NCBI GenBank assembly: GCA_036444275.1
Contig: JAZGAD010000057.1
Span: 1-22,116 of the forward strand
Source: Candidatus Hydrothermarchaeales archaeon
GTDB lineage: Archaea; Hydrothermarchaeota; Hydrothermarchaeia; Hydrothermarchaeales; JAZGAD01
Length of the DNA: 22,116 nucleotides
Reading direction: 5' to 3'
Below are positions 8,783-17,428 of the stretch, piece after piece (the stretch's first letter is position 1; each line of letters opens with the position of its first letter). The position numbers were made by a program, and so were the translations under genes. The notes under the pieces were generated by a model, which worked only from the letters and a program-made list of their open reading frames with translations, ran no database searches and was not told the DNA's origin.

Positions 8783-9844
8783 ATGCTAAAGCCCTTGGAT
8801 GATAGGCCGGCTACCATGGAAGAGGCTTTAGTAGAACTCAGGCTCCTTCGACAGGAAAACGAGTTTCTAAGACAACAGCTAGAAGTCGCTCAGACGTTCC
8901 AAGCTAAGATGGGACTAACACTCAATAAGATCACAATCAATGATCTCTTTGAGAAGAAGCTGTTAGAATGCCGTGCTAGAGAATTAGCAAGAACCAGTAT
9001 TTACAGCTATATTATAGGGAAATATTACTTCCTAATATTCTGCAAAAAGTACGGGCTAGAATATGCAGACGAAGTAACACAGGATCATACTCTTGAGTTT
9101 TGGGAATGGTTGAAAGTAACACCCGGAATCAAGGGGTATATACTCAGCAACTATTCAAGAATTCATATGCAGAAATCAATAAAGGCGACCTTCCAGTATG
9201 CGGAGGAACGGAACAGCATCATAAGGAATCCCTTTAAGAACCGTGTACTACCCCATAGCCCGATTAATGACTGGTGGACAGATGAATACTACGAAGAGCT
9301 TATACAGGCTATTAGGACGCATGTAAGGCCATTCTATCAGCATAGGTACGAGACGATAGTAAGATGCCTATATACCACAGGATTAAGAGTAGGTCTTTTC
9401 CTCGGTGCAAAGCATAGCGGAGTAAGAATCACAGAGGACGGACGGGTCTATATTACTACGAAGCGGAAAGTGCCTAAGAGTTCAGCTATCCAGGAATTTA
9501 CATGTGAACTGTTTAATGAGAAGGCTAAAGAGATGTACCGGGAATACTATCGGGAAGGAGCCGAGGGATACGTCCTAATAAACAACAAGACAACACCAAA
9601 AGGAGCATACGACAGTTTTATGACAACACTAAAAAGAGCCTGCAAGAAAGCAGGAATACCCTTTAAGACTCCGCATAAGGCTAAGCATGGGTTCATTACT
9701 AAGATGTTGCTCAATGGATATACTGCGGAACAGATCTGCAAAATGACAGGCAATCTTACGCCGAGCTTGATAAACAAGGTTTATAACCACATACAGGCTT
9801 CAGACTTTCGGGAGCAAGTTAAAGCAGACATAGCAGACATCTAG
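8783..9844 (+). CDS. Tyrosine recombinase/integrase family protein
   Basis: SAM-like core ('RTSIYSY', 'IIRNPF'), box I 'LYTTGLRVG', box II 'TPHKAKHGFITKML...MTGN...VYNH', and an N-terminal coiled coil. Confidence 0.9.
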   Translation: MLKPLDDRPATMEEALVELRLLRQENEFLRQQLEVAQTFQAKMGLTLNKITINDLFEKKLLECRARELARTSIYSYIIGKYYFLIFCKKYGLEYADEVTQDHTLEFWEWLKVTPGIKGYILSNYSRIHMQKSIKATFQYAEERNSIIRNPFKNRVLPHSPINDWWTDEYYEELIQAIRTHVRPFYQHRYETIVRCLYTTGLRVGLFLGAKHSGVRITEDGRVYITTKRKVPKSSAIQEFTCELFNEKAKEMYREYYREGAEGYVLINNKTTPKGAYDSFMTTLKRACKKAGIPFKTPHKAKHGFITKMLLNGYTAEQICKMTGNLTPSLINKVYNHIQASDFREQVKADIADI

Positions 9845-10220
9845 AGAGGCTATGTTATTTATGAAGTTTCTTGTTTATCCATCCTACTAGGTAATTTATT
9901 TATCTATTGTCTTTATTGTGAGTTTGTAAAACCTCCTTTGGTTTTACCTTGCTAGGTGGATGTTCTGATACTTCTTTGAGGAATTTAAAAACTGGCTTAT
10001 TGTTTCTGGTGGGGTTTTTTAAATTTCGTTACTGGGAGAGTAGGTGTAACTATTTCTGAGTTTAGGGATTAAAACCCTTTTTAAAGGGGTTTATCTGGCA
10101 AGAGTTTGAGAAAGGAGCGGATCAGCGGGTTCTCAGCGGGAGTTTGAGGGCTGGCCTTCAAGGTATACTCGTTTTAGATGCTGCAAAATTTTTTATGGTG
10201 ATGAAAGTAGAATAGGAAGC

Positions 10221-10823
10221 GTGGATAAAAAAGAATTTTTAGAGTTTTTAAAAAAGGCGGATAAAGTCTCGGATAAGGAATTTGAAGAATATGTAAAAAG
10301 GAGTGATCAAGAATTTGAAGAATTCTTAAAAAAGAATAAGCTAACAGCTAGAGAATATCTTTCTAAGGTGCTTAAAGCCGATGAACGGGAACGTAAAAAA
10401 AGAGACCTTAAAGACTATATTATTACCGTGAAGATACACCCACAGGGTAAAATTGTCTTGGGTAAGAGTTTTTTAAGAGCTCATGGTTTGGAAGAAGGAG
10501 ACGAAATAATCATCTTTATCCAGGATGTTATTGAAAAAAGCAAAATTATTAAATTGATAGGGCATCTCTATAATCGGGAACTAAAGAAAATTGAATCTTA
10601 TAAAAAGGAACGTAAAAAAAGAGATCTCAAGGACTTTGTTATTAAAGCAAAAATATATCGGCCTGGTAGAATTACCTTGGGTAAGAGTTTTTTAAGAGCT
10701 CATGGTTTGGAAGAAGGAGACGAAATAACTATGTTTATCCAAGATGTAATGGAATACACCGGAGTTATTAAAGGGCTAGACTATTTACTCAGTCGCGAAC
10801 TCGGAGAAGAACCACTCTTATAA
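10221..10823 (+). CDS. Protein with two tandem AbrB/SpoVT-like (swapped-hairpin) DNA-binding domains
   Basis: 'VKIHPQGKIVLGKSFLRAHGLEEGDEI' and 'AKIYRPGRITLGKSFLRAHGLEEGDEI'; GTG start. Confidence 0.75.
   Translation: MDKKEFLEFLKKADKVSDKEFEEYVKRSDQEFEEFLKKNKLTAREYLSKVLKADERERKKRDLKDYIITVKIHPQGKIVLGKSFLRAHGLEEGDEIIIFIQDVIEKSKIIKLIGHLYNRELKKIESYKKERKKRDLKDFVIKAKIYRPGRITLGKSFLRAHGLEEGDEITMFIQDVMEYTGVIKGLDYLLSRELGEEPLL
10389..10748 (+). repeat. Intragenic duplication of the AbrB unit (period 219 nt)
   Basis: 53-nt perfect identity at 10457-10509 and 10676-10728. Confidence 0.92.
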
Positions 10824-10850
10824 TATTGGGGGGATGGGGGGTAATGGGGT

Positions 10851-10863
10851 AAATACTTATATA
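10851..10863 (+). promoter_or_regulatory. Archaeal TATA box for a leaderless transcript starting at the small ORF/rep operon
   Basis: TTATATA at 10857-10863 begins 29 nt before ATG 10886. Confidence 0.55.
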
Positions 10864-10885
10864 GTCTCCCGTCTGAATATACTCT

Positions 10886-11011
10886 ATGAGCGATGATCTA
10901 GAAAACGAACTAATGGGTCATTTCGTAGTAGGCTCGATTTTTACATTTGTTTTCATTCTAACCTTCATTCGAGCGTGGAAAAAGAATAAACTTGCTGAGG
11001 GAGGCGGATAG
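10886..11011 (+). CDS. Unannotated 41-aa single-TM peptide (acidic N-terminus, hydrophobic core, basic C-terminus)
   Basis: MSDDLENELMGHFVVGSIFTFVFILTFIRAWKKNKLAEGGG. It has a TATA box at leaderless spacing and its TAG abuts the rep GTG. Confidence 0.65.
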   Translation: MSDDLENELMGHFVVGSIFTFVFILTFIRAWKKNKLAEGGG

Positions 11012-12067
11012 GTGATTGCTGAAGTGTCGCCTATGACTCGTATTCCTCAGGCTCACGGCGACCGCTACAGCGATTCTAGTTGGAAGGACCAGCGTAAGCT
11101 TGTTTTTGGCGTGAGCCGTGAGGAGATCGCCAGGGAGCTAGAGAACAGCGGCCAATTTAGTCATGCTTCTAGGCTTTTGGGCTGTGGGAGCAGGTATCAC
11201 CTCTGCCAGTGCGAAGGCTGTGATGAAATCGTGCTCAGTGGTAGTCGTTGCGAGAGCCGGGTTTGTTTTGAGTGCGGCGAGAAAAAACTAATCCGGCTGA
11301 TAGCTAAAGAGAAAGATTTTTTGAAAGGATTGCCTACTGATCCTCGGGGTAAGCATAGGGCAACTATTTTGACGTTGACGTTGAAGAACGTTCCTGACAA
11401 GAATTATGGTAAACACGTCTACAAGGAGTTCTTGCAATTTATTAGGCGGTTTTTTACTCATCCTGAGATAAAAGGCCGTATCCGTGGAGGCATCCGTAGT
11501 ATTGAGACCAAGCGTCCAAAAGAGGGATATGTCTACCATAAAAAAGACGGCTCGACTTATGTTGTTCCTCCAGGCCGGGGTTGGAATATTCATATGCACA
11601 GCTTGATTGACGCTGACTATATACCAATTCGAAAAATAAGCCGAGTTTGGCGTGAGATATCAGGCTCATATATCGTGGACGCTAGAGCAGTAAAAGCGGG
11701 CATTCCTGCCCTTATTGAAATTTTGAAGTATACGATTAAGCCCCCGAATCTCGGCGATGCCAAGAGCTACGCCCGATACTTATCGGTCACGAAGGGGCTT
11801 AGGCTCTTTAATACGTTCGGGAACTGGAGAGAAGACCATTTCGGAGTCTTTGTGAGGGGGGATAAGCGATGCTCGGTTTGTAGGTCACGGATGGCTTATC
11901 TCTTCTCGGTTCCAGCGAAGGAGGGTCTCCGCTGGAGAGAATATTTGAAGGGGCCTCCTAAAGATATTTTTGGGGGCTATATACACTTCTTGGGACCGCC
12001 TCACACCTTGCAGCTCGTCAAAGACCATGGTACGGGTCATATAGGCCAAATTGTTGTGGAGGCTTGA
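11012..12067 (+). CDS. rep: HUH rolling-circle replication initiator (pC194/pUB110 Rep_1-like) with Zn-binding Cys motifs
   Basis: Motif I 'LTLTLKN', motif II 'NIHMH', motif III 'EILKYTIK'. N-terminal 'CEGC...CESRVCFEC', then 'KGLRLFNTFG' and C-terminal 'CSVC'. Confidence 0.88.
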   Translation: MIAEVSPMTRIPQAHGDRYSDSSWKDQRKLVFGVSREEIARELENSGQFSHASRLLGCGSRYHLCQCEGCDEIVLSGSRCESRVCFECGEKKLIRLIAKEKDFLKGLPTDPRGKHRATILTLTLKNVPDKNYGKHVYKEFLQFIRRFFTHPEIKGRIRGGIRSIETKRPKEGYVYHKKDGSTYVVPPGRGWNIHMHSLIDADYIPIRKISRVWREISGSYIVDARAVKAGIPALIEILKYTIKPPNLGDAKSYARYLSVTKGLRLFNTFGNWREDHFGVFVRGDKRCSVCRSRMAYLFSVPAKEGLRWREYLKGPPKDIFGGYIHFLGPPHTLQLVKDHGTGHIGQIVVEA

Positions 12068-12369
12068 TGATTATGCGGGAATTGACGGAAGAAGAGATAG
12101 GGTTTGTGAGGGATCGTCTTTATTTCGTCTGTGCGAGCTGTAATAATGAAGTCGGTAACGCCGAAGTAGTGGTTCCTTTTGAGAATATCGATTTTCTTGC
12201 TAATGAGGGTGGGGATAGAGATATAGAAGAACTAGACAAGGACCAGTACAAGGCCTATGGGGCAGTTATTATCGGTATCATCGGCGATGAAGGAGAGGAC
12301 TTGCATTTTCTCTATAAGGGGAAGTGCCCTCGTTGCGGCTCTTTTAATATTACTTTTAGATTTGTCTAA
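12067..12369 (+). CDS. Zinc-ribbon hypothetical protein
   Basis: CASC ... CPRC pairs. The start overlaps the rep stop (TGATG); ATG 12073 is an alternative. Confidence 0.7.
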   Translation: MIMRELTEEEIGFVRDRLYFVCASCNNEVGNAEVVVPFENIDFLANEGGDRDIEELDKDQYKAYGAVIIGIIGDEGEDLHFLYKGKCPRCGSFNITFRFV

Positions 12370-12390
12370 GGAGAAGGAGGACTGATCAGG

Positions 12391-12693
12391 ATGGAAGAAG
12401 ATATAGGGAAGTCTCCGGTTACAGGACTAGAAGAGCTTTTGAATAAGGATTTTCTGGACTTTTTTAAGGCATTAGAGCGTATGGACGGCGTAGGCACAGA
12501 AGAAAGAATCGCTAGGATAATATATTGTGAACTTACACCCTTGCTTGAAGCTCTCGATGAGGCTTGTGCTCCTATATTTAGCGATTCTTTTAAAAACTGG
12601 ACGGATACGCTTTTTGCGCACGGTGAAGAAAATAAAAAAACTAAAGAATATTCTAAGTATGTCTTTAAAGTAGAGGGAACGAAGAGTAAATAG
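12391..12693 (+). CDS. Hypothetical protein
   Basis: 100-aa ORF with a GGAGGA RBS, co-oriented with rep. Confidence 0.65.
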   Translation: MEEDIGKSPVTGLEELLNKDFLDFFKALERMDGVGTEERIARIIYCELTPLLEALDEACAPIFSDSFKNWTDTLFAHGEENKKTKEYSKYVFKVEGTKSK

Positions 12694-12812
12694 AGGGAAT
12701 AAAGAAGCTAATAGGATGGTAGTATAGCAATGGAAGCTCTAGGCGTAAACGGAGGAGGTAGCGAGCTCGTGAATGCTGCTGGCTATGGTCTGGTGTATCC
12801 GGATTGGACGGC

Positions 12813-12894
12813 GGCCCGCCGCAGGCGGGCCAACGGACAACCTGCTAGCATTTATGGCTGTTTACAACTTGCTGGCATTCCTAGCTGTTTACTT
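12813..12894. other. GC-rich hairpin followed by a 27-bp imperfect tandem repeat (candidate replication origin or terminus)
   Basis: GGCCCGCC-gca-GGCGGGCC at 12813-12831. Repeat copies at 12841-12867 and 12868-12894 share GCTGTTTAC. Confidence 0.5.
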
Positions 12895-12911
12895 GAAGTT
12901 AAATGATTAAG

Positions 12912-13169
12912 TTACTTATGCTCTATTTCAATCTCAAGCATCTTTCTTATCTCTGCGATCAGCCGAGGATTTAAGGATACTTCTAGACCATAAGAAGTCG
13001 GCTTAGGGAGGATATAACCTTCTCTTATTAAAGCCTTCAAAGCTTTTTTGATGTCTCCTCTAGCATGCTTTGGAAAGCCTTTAGGCACATTGCTCTCTGA
13101 GGTATGTCTCCCTCCTACATATCTAAGTTTGTAGAGTTTCTCAAGGATCGCTTTCTTATATACCTCCAT
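12912..13169 (-). CDS. Small basic archaeal protein, probable winged-helix fold
   Basis: 'KLYKLRYVGGRHT...KGFPKH..G..KKALKALIREGYILPKPTSYG..VSLNP' recalls a recurrent archaeal hypothetical family (recognised from memory). Confidence 0.7.
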   Translation of the reverse strand: MEVYKKAILEKLYKLRYVGGRHTSESNVPKGFPKHARGDIKKALKALIREGYILPKPTSYGLEVSLNPRLIAEIRKMLEIEIEHK

Positions 13170-13299
13170 CTAAACAAGGTCTGATAAGGCGCTATTTAAA
13201 GTTTGCTATATCTGCCTAATTAGTATAATAATCATACTTGATGGTAAAATTTATATACTATATAGAAAACAATCTACTATTCAAGTAGGTGATATTAAG

Positions 13300-13656
13300 A
13301 TGGAAATCTTCCAAGAGAATCCGTTACAGGCTATATTTGGATCCCACCCACAAGTGAAGATAATAGAAACCCTACTTCTTCATTCAGACTTTGAGTATAA
13401 CCTCACCGAGTTGGCGGAGAGCGCTGAAGTATCAAAGGCTAGCGTCTTCGAGTTAAAGGAGAGGCTTTTGCATTATGGAATTCTTAAACCTACAAAAAAA
13501 GTGGGGCGAATTCAGCTATATCGATTCAACAAAGAGAGCCCCGTAGGAAAACTGCTCAATACTCTGTCCTTCAAATTAGCCGACATAGACATAGAAATGC
13601 TACTAGAGGACAAGCTAATACAAGAGGGAGAAAAGGGAGAAGCAGCTCTTGCATAA
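13300..13656 (+). CDS. Winged helix-turn-helix transcriptional regulator
   Basis: 'FGSHPQVKII...EYNLTELAESAEVSKASV...GRIQLYRFN'. AGGTGA RBS and TTTATATA box upstream. Confidence 0.85.
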   Translation: MEIFQENPLQAIFGSHPQVKIIETLLLHSDFEYNLTELAESAEVSKASVFELKERLLHYGILKPTKKVGRIQLYRFNKESPVGKLLNTLSFKLADIDIEMLLEDKLIQEGEKGEAALA

Positions 13657-13699
13657 CTCTCGATTTTAACATTAGATCCCGTAAAATGTTCCTTACTGC

Positions 13700-13723
13700 T
13701 ATAGTAACCTTTGGTTATTAAAA
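13700..13723. promoter_or_regulatory. Phr/HSR1-type heat-shock operator upstream of grpE
   Basis: TATAGTAAC-CTTTG-GTTATTAAAA contains the TAAC-N5-GTTA palindrome. Confidence 0.65.
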
Positions 13724-13757
13724 TATTTTATCTCGTTAGAAGGCTCACTGAGGTATA

Positions 13758-14273
13758 ATGGCGAGTACGAAGGGGAAAAGAGCAAGTAAGGACACATCAG
13801 CTAGAGCAGACACAAAAGACGAGCTCAAAAAGGCTGTAGAAGAGAAAGATAACCTGGCAGAGGAATACCTAACTAAACTTAAATATCTCCAGGCAGAGTT
13901 CGACAACTATCGCAAGAGCGTGACAAAAGAGAAGGAAACTCTCGTCAGATATGCCAGTGAAAACCTCCTCCTTGAGCTTCTCGACATCTATGAAAATCTA
14001 GAGCGGACGCTGGAGAACGGAAAAAATGATAAGAAATCCCTCCTACAAGGTGTGAAGATGACCCAGAAAGAGTTCAAGCGCTTATTAGACAAAGAAGGAG
14101 TTACCATTATAAAGGCAGTTGGCGAGAAATTCGATCCATTTAAACATGAAGCGTTAATGCTGGATAATAACACAAAATTGGAAGATAACACTATAGTAGA
14201 GGAGTATCGGAGGGGCTACATGTTGAGGGATAAGGTACTCCGTTATTCTAAAGTTAAAGTTGCAAAGAGGTGA
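13758..14273 (+). CDS. grpE: Nucleotide exchange factor GrpE
   Basis: '[10 protein letters not shown]', '[11 protein letters not shown]', '[11 protein letters not shown]'. Confidence 0.96.
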   Translation: MASTKGKRASKDTSARADTKDELKKAVEEKDNLAEEYLTKLKYLQAEFDNYRKSVTKEKETLVRYASENLLLELLDIYENLERTLENGKNDKKSLLQGVKMTQKEFKRLLDKEGVTIIKAVGEKFDPFKHEALMLDNNTKLEDNTIVEEYRRGYMLRDKVLRYSKVKVAKR

Positions 14274-14278
14274 TTGTA

Positions 14279-16186
14279 ATGTCTAAAGAAAAGATTCTAG
14301 GCATAGACTTAGGTACGAGTAATTCAGCTGCAGCAATACTGCAGGGAGGCAAACCTGTAATAGTGCCCAGTGCAGAGGGGACAACACTCTACGGCAAGGC
14401 CTTTCCGTCAGTAGTTGCCTTCACGAAGGACGGCCAGATGCTTGTCGGCGAACCAGCGCGGAGGCAAGCGGTAAGCAATCCAGAGGGCACTATTGTAGCA
14501 GCGAAGCGGAAGATGGGAACACAGCATAAGTTCAAGGCCCATGGGAAGGAGTACACACCCCAAGAGATCTCGGCGTTCATTCTACAGAAGATAAAGCGGG
14601 ACGCAGAAGCCTTCGTAGGCGAGCCCTTGAAGAATGCCGTGATTACTGTGCCTGCCTATTTCAACGACAACCAGCGGCAGGCAACGAAGGACGCAGGCAC
14701 TATAGCTGGATTAGATGTTGCGAGGATAATAAATGAGCCGACAGCTGCATCACTCGCCTATGGCCTAGACAGGAGCGAGAAGGAACAGACGATACTTGTC
14801 TTCGACTTCGGGGGAGGAACCCTAGACGTTACGGTAATGGAATTCGGCGAGGGTGTATTCGAGGTCAAGAGCACCAGCGGGAACACTCAACTGGGCGGCA
14901 CCGACATGGACGACGCATTAGTGGACTACCTAGTAGAGGAATTCAAGAAGGACACTGGAATAGACCTCACAAAGGATGCTGCAGCTATCCAGCGTGTCCG
15001 CGAGGCAGTTGAGAAGGCAAAGATAGAGTTGAGCACTACATTAACAACCGAGATAAATCTGCCCTATATCACTGCTGACGCCAGCGGTCCAAAGCACCTC
15101 ACTATGAGTCTAAACCGCGCTAAGCTGGAAGAGCTAGTTAGACCAGTAGTCGAGAAGTGCACAGAACCAATGCGCCAAGCCCTAGCAGATGCAGAACTCC
15201 AGCCAGGGGACATAGACAAGACAATACTTGTGGGCGGGCCGACGAGGATGCCCCTAGTAAAGGAACTCGTCAAGAAGTTTACCGGTAAGGAACCTGAGAG
15301 AGGCGTCGATCCGATGGAATGTGTTGCAGTAGGAGCGGCTATACAGGCCGGCGTACTAGCAGGGGAAGTAACAGATATCCTCTTACTGGACGTTACGCCT
15401 CTGTCCCTGGGAATAGAGACACTAGGCAGCGTCTTTACCAGACTCATAGAGCGGAATACTACGATACCAACGAAAAAGACCCAGACCTTTTCTACGGCAG
15501 CCGACTTTCAGACCAGCGTGGATATCAACGTCCTCCAAGGAGAGCGCCCAATGGCCCACGACAATGTACCCCTAGGCAGGTTCAGCTTGGTAGGCATACC
15601 CCCTGCTCAGCGAGGCATACCTCAAATAGAGGTTACATTTGACATCGATGCCAATGGCATGCTCAACGTCGCAGCCAAAGACCTTGGTACCGGGAAAGAG
15701 CAGAAAATAACCATTACGGCCCCTCATAAACTTTCTAAGGAGGAGATCGAGCAGAAGATCAAGGAAAGCGAAAAGTATGAGGAGAAGGACAAGAAACTGA
15801 AAGAAGAAGCAGAGCTGCGCAACGAGGCTGACTCCATGATCTACACCTCCGAGAAGACCCTAGAGGAGTTAAAGGACAAGATAAGCGAGGACAACAGGAA
15901 GAAGGTAGAGGATACAGTAAAAGGGCTGAAAGAGGCTTTAGCTACCGAGGAGTCTGCTGACGTCAAGCTCAAGCTTGAGGAACTGAGGAAGGCCGTGCAG
16001 GAGATAGGAGCGATTATCTACGAGCAGGCTGCAAAGGAGCAGGCAGAGAAACAGGCACAGGAAGAAAAGGGAAAAGGAGAAAAAGAAGAAGAGGAAGGGA
16101 AAGAGAAGGTCGTAGATGCTGAATACAAGGTGGTAGATGAGGAAGAGGAGAAAGAGAAAGATAAAAAGAAAAAGAAGAAGAAATGA
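14279..16186 (+). CDS. dnaK: Chaperone DnaK (Hsp70)
   Basis: 'GIDLGTSNS', 'TVPAYFND', 'DFGGGTLDV', '[13 protein letters not shown]'. GAGGTGA RBS precedes ATG 14279. Confidence 0.99.
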   Translation: MSKEKILGIDLGTSNSAAAILQGGKPVIVPSAEGTTLYGKAFPSVVAFTKDGQMLVGEPARRQAVSNPEGTIVAAKRKMGTQHKFKAHGKEYTPQEISAFILQKIKRDAEAFVGEPLKNAVITVPAYFNDNQRQATKDAGTIAGLDVARIINEPTAASLAYGLDRSEKEQTILVFDFGGGTLDVTVMEFGEGVFEVKSTSGNTQLGGTDMDDALVDYLVEEFKKDTGIDLTKDAAAIQRVREAVEKAKIELSTTLTTEINLPYITADASGPKHLTMSLNRAKLEELVRPVVEKCTEPMRQALADAELQPGDIDKTILVGGPTRMPLVKELVKKFTGKEPERGVDPMECVAVGAAIQAGVLAGEVTDILLLDVTPLSLGIETLGSVFTRLIERNTTIPTKKTQTFSTAADFQTSVDINVLQGERPMAHDNVPLGRFSLVGIPPAQRGIPQIEVTFDIDANGMLNVAAKDLGTGKEQKITITAPHKLSKEEIEQKIKESEKYEEKDKKLKEEAELRNEADSMIYTSEKTLEELKDKISEDNRKKVEDTVKGLKEALATEESADVKLKLEELRKAVQEIGAIIYEQAAKEQAEKQAQEEKGKGEKEEEEGKEKVVDAEYKVVDEEEEKEKDKKKKKKK

Positions 16187-16216
16187 AACAAGTAAGTCAA
16201 GATTGAAGGAAATAAC

Positions 16217-17359
16217 ATGGCAAAGCGCGATTACTATGACATCTTGGGGGTACCTAAGGACGCTTCGAAGGATAATATTAAGAAGGCGTATCGAAAGCTG
16301 GCAAAACAGTACCATCCAGACAGGAACAAAGAGTCAGGCGCAGAGGAGCAGTTCAAGGAGATATCAGAGGCCTACGGCGTTCTGAGCGATGGCACCAAGC
16401 GTAGTCAATATGATCAATATGGGCATGCCGGCATAGACAGCAGGTACAGCGCGGAAGACATCTTCAGGACCATAAACTTCGAGGATATCTTCAAGGATAT
16501 AAACTTCAGCTTCGGGGGCTTCGACAGCGTCTTCGACATATTCTTTGGCGGAAGGAAGAGGCGTAGAGCCGGTCCAAAGAGGGGGGCTGATCTGAGATAC
16601 GACTTAGAGATAACGTTGAATGAAGTCTACTCTGGGTCAAAGAAGAGGATACGCATACCAAGGAGGGGGACATGCCCTGCCTGCAATGGTAGCAGGAGCA
16701 AGCCCGGTAGCAAACCCAAGGAATGTATTTCTTGTCAAGGCACAGGGGAGCTCAGAATTACAAAGAGAACCCCCTTCGGGCATTTCACCAGCATCACCAC
16801 CTGCGGTAAATGCAGGGGAGAAGGCAGGGTAATAGCTGACCCCTGCCCGGAATGCAGAGGAAAGGGTGTAGTGCGTAGAACCAAGGAGTTAGAGGTGAGG
16901 ATACCACCGGGAGTTGAGTCTGGGTCCAGGCTGCGGATGTCTGGTGAAGGTGAAGCTGGAGAAAAAGGAGCCCCACCGGGCGATTTATACGTCCTGCTCC
17001 ATGTCAAGCTCCATGAGGTCTTCGAGAGACATGGCGATGATATAGTCTGCGAATTACCTATAAGCTTCCATCAAGCTGCCTTAGGCGATGAACTTGAGGT
17101 GCCGACACTGAATGGACGGGCAAAGATGCGTATACCGCCTGGCACTCAAACAGGCACAATATTCCGCCTTAAAGGCAAAGGACTGCCAAATCTAAATAGC
17201 AGCCCCAAGGGTGACCAGCATGTACATGTCATCGTGGAGACCCCTACTGACCTAACGAAGGCGCAGAAGGAGATATTAAAGGAGTTCGCTAAATTAGAGG
17301 ATACAAAAAAGGGTTTCCTGGGTAGAATGACCGAAGGAATAAAAGACGTCTTAAGTTAA
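16217..17359 (+). CDS. dnaJ: Chaperone DnaJ
   Basis: J-domain with HPD, G/F region, four CxxCxGxG-type motifs and C-terminal domain. Confidence 0.99.
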   Translation: MAKRDYYDILGVPKDASKDNIKKAYRKLAKQYHPDRNKESGAEEQFKEISEAYGVLSDGTKRSQYDQYGHAGIDSRYSAEDIFRTINFEDIFKDINFSFGGFDSVFDIFFGGRKRRRAGPKRGADLRYDLEITLNEVYSGSKKRIRIPRRGTCPACNGSRSKPGSKPKECISCQGTGELRITKRTPFGHFTSITTCGKCRGEGRVIADPCPECRGKGVVRRTKELEVRIPPGVESGSRLRMSGEGEAGEKGAPPGDLYVLLHVKLHEVFERHGDDIVCELPISFHQAALGDELEVPTLNGRAKMRIPPGTQTGTIFRLKGKGLPNLNSSPKGDQHVHVIVETPTDLTKAQKEILKEFAKLEDTKKGFLGRMTEGIKDVLS

Positions 17360-17365
17360 GATTCA

Positions 17366-17389
17366 TATAGTTACTGTTACTTATACAAA
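17366..17389. promoter_or_regulatory. Degenerate second heat-shock operator upstream of the thermosome gene
   Basis: TATAGTTAC-TGTTA-CTTATACAAA is similar to the grpE site. Confidence 0.4.
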
Positions 17390-17428
17390 GATTCCAAATA
17401 ACAGAAAAAAAAGAGGAGGTACATAGAA

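Larger units (their letters stand above)
8341..12906. mobile_element. Putative integrated rolling-circle element (plasmid, ssDNA provirus or satellite); boundaries approximate
   Basis: Tyrosine recombinase, HUH Rep, AbrB regulator and small ORFs. The plus strand from ~9850 looks T-rich compared with the A-rich host genes. No att repeat identified. Confidence 0.75.

Noticed and set aside
11012-12067. IS91-family (Y2) transposase call
   Set aside because: The Zn motifs are similar, but motif III has a single Tyr (KYxxK); 'YARY' does not have YxxxY spacing.
8598-12898. Inverted match CTTGAAGTAAACA (8598-8610) versus TGTTTACTTGAAG (12886-12898) as terminal inverted repeats
   Set aside because: It is short and AT-rich, has one mismatch and does not extend; HUH and tyrosine-recombinase elements do not need TIRs.
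12730-12906. 58-aa ORF MEALGVNGGG...LEVK
   Set aside because: It overlaps the hairpin and repeat, has odd composition and a weak RBS; it cannot be supported as a gene.
12912-13169. RelE toxin call
   Set aside because: It is small and basic but lacks RelE motifs; the pattern looks winged-helix.
8303-13704. 9-bp direct repeat CTGCTATAG (8303-8311 and 13696-13704) as attL/attR
   Set aside because: The position is suggestive, but a 9-mer match is expected by chance over the ranges compared. An empty-site genome is needed.
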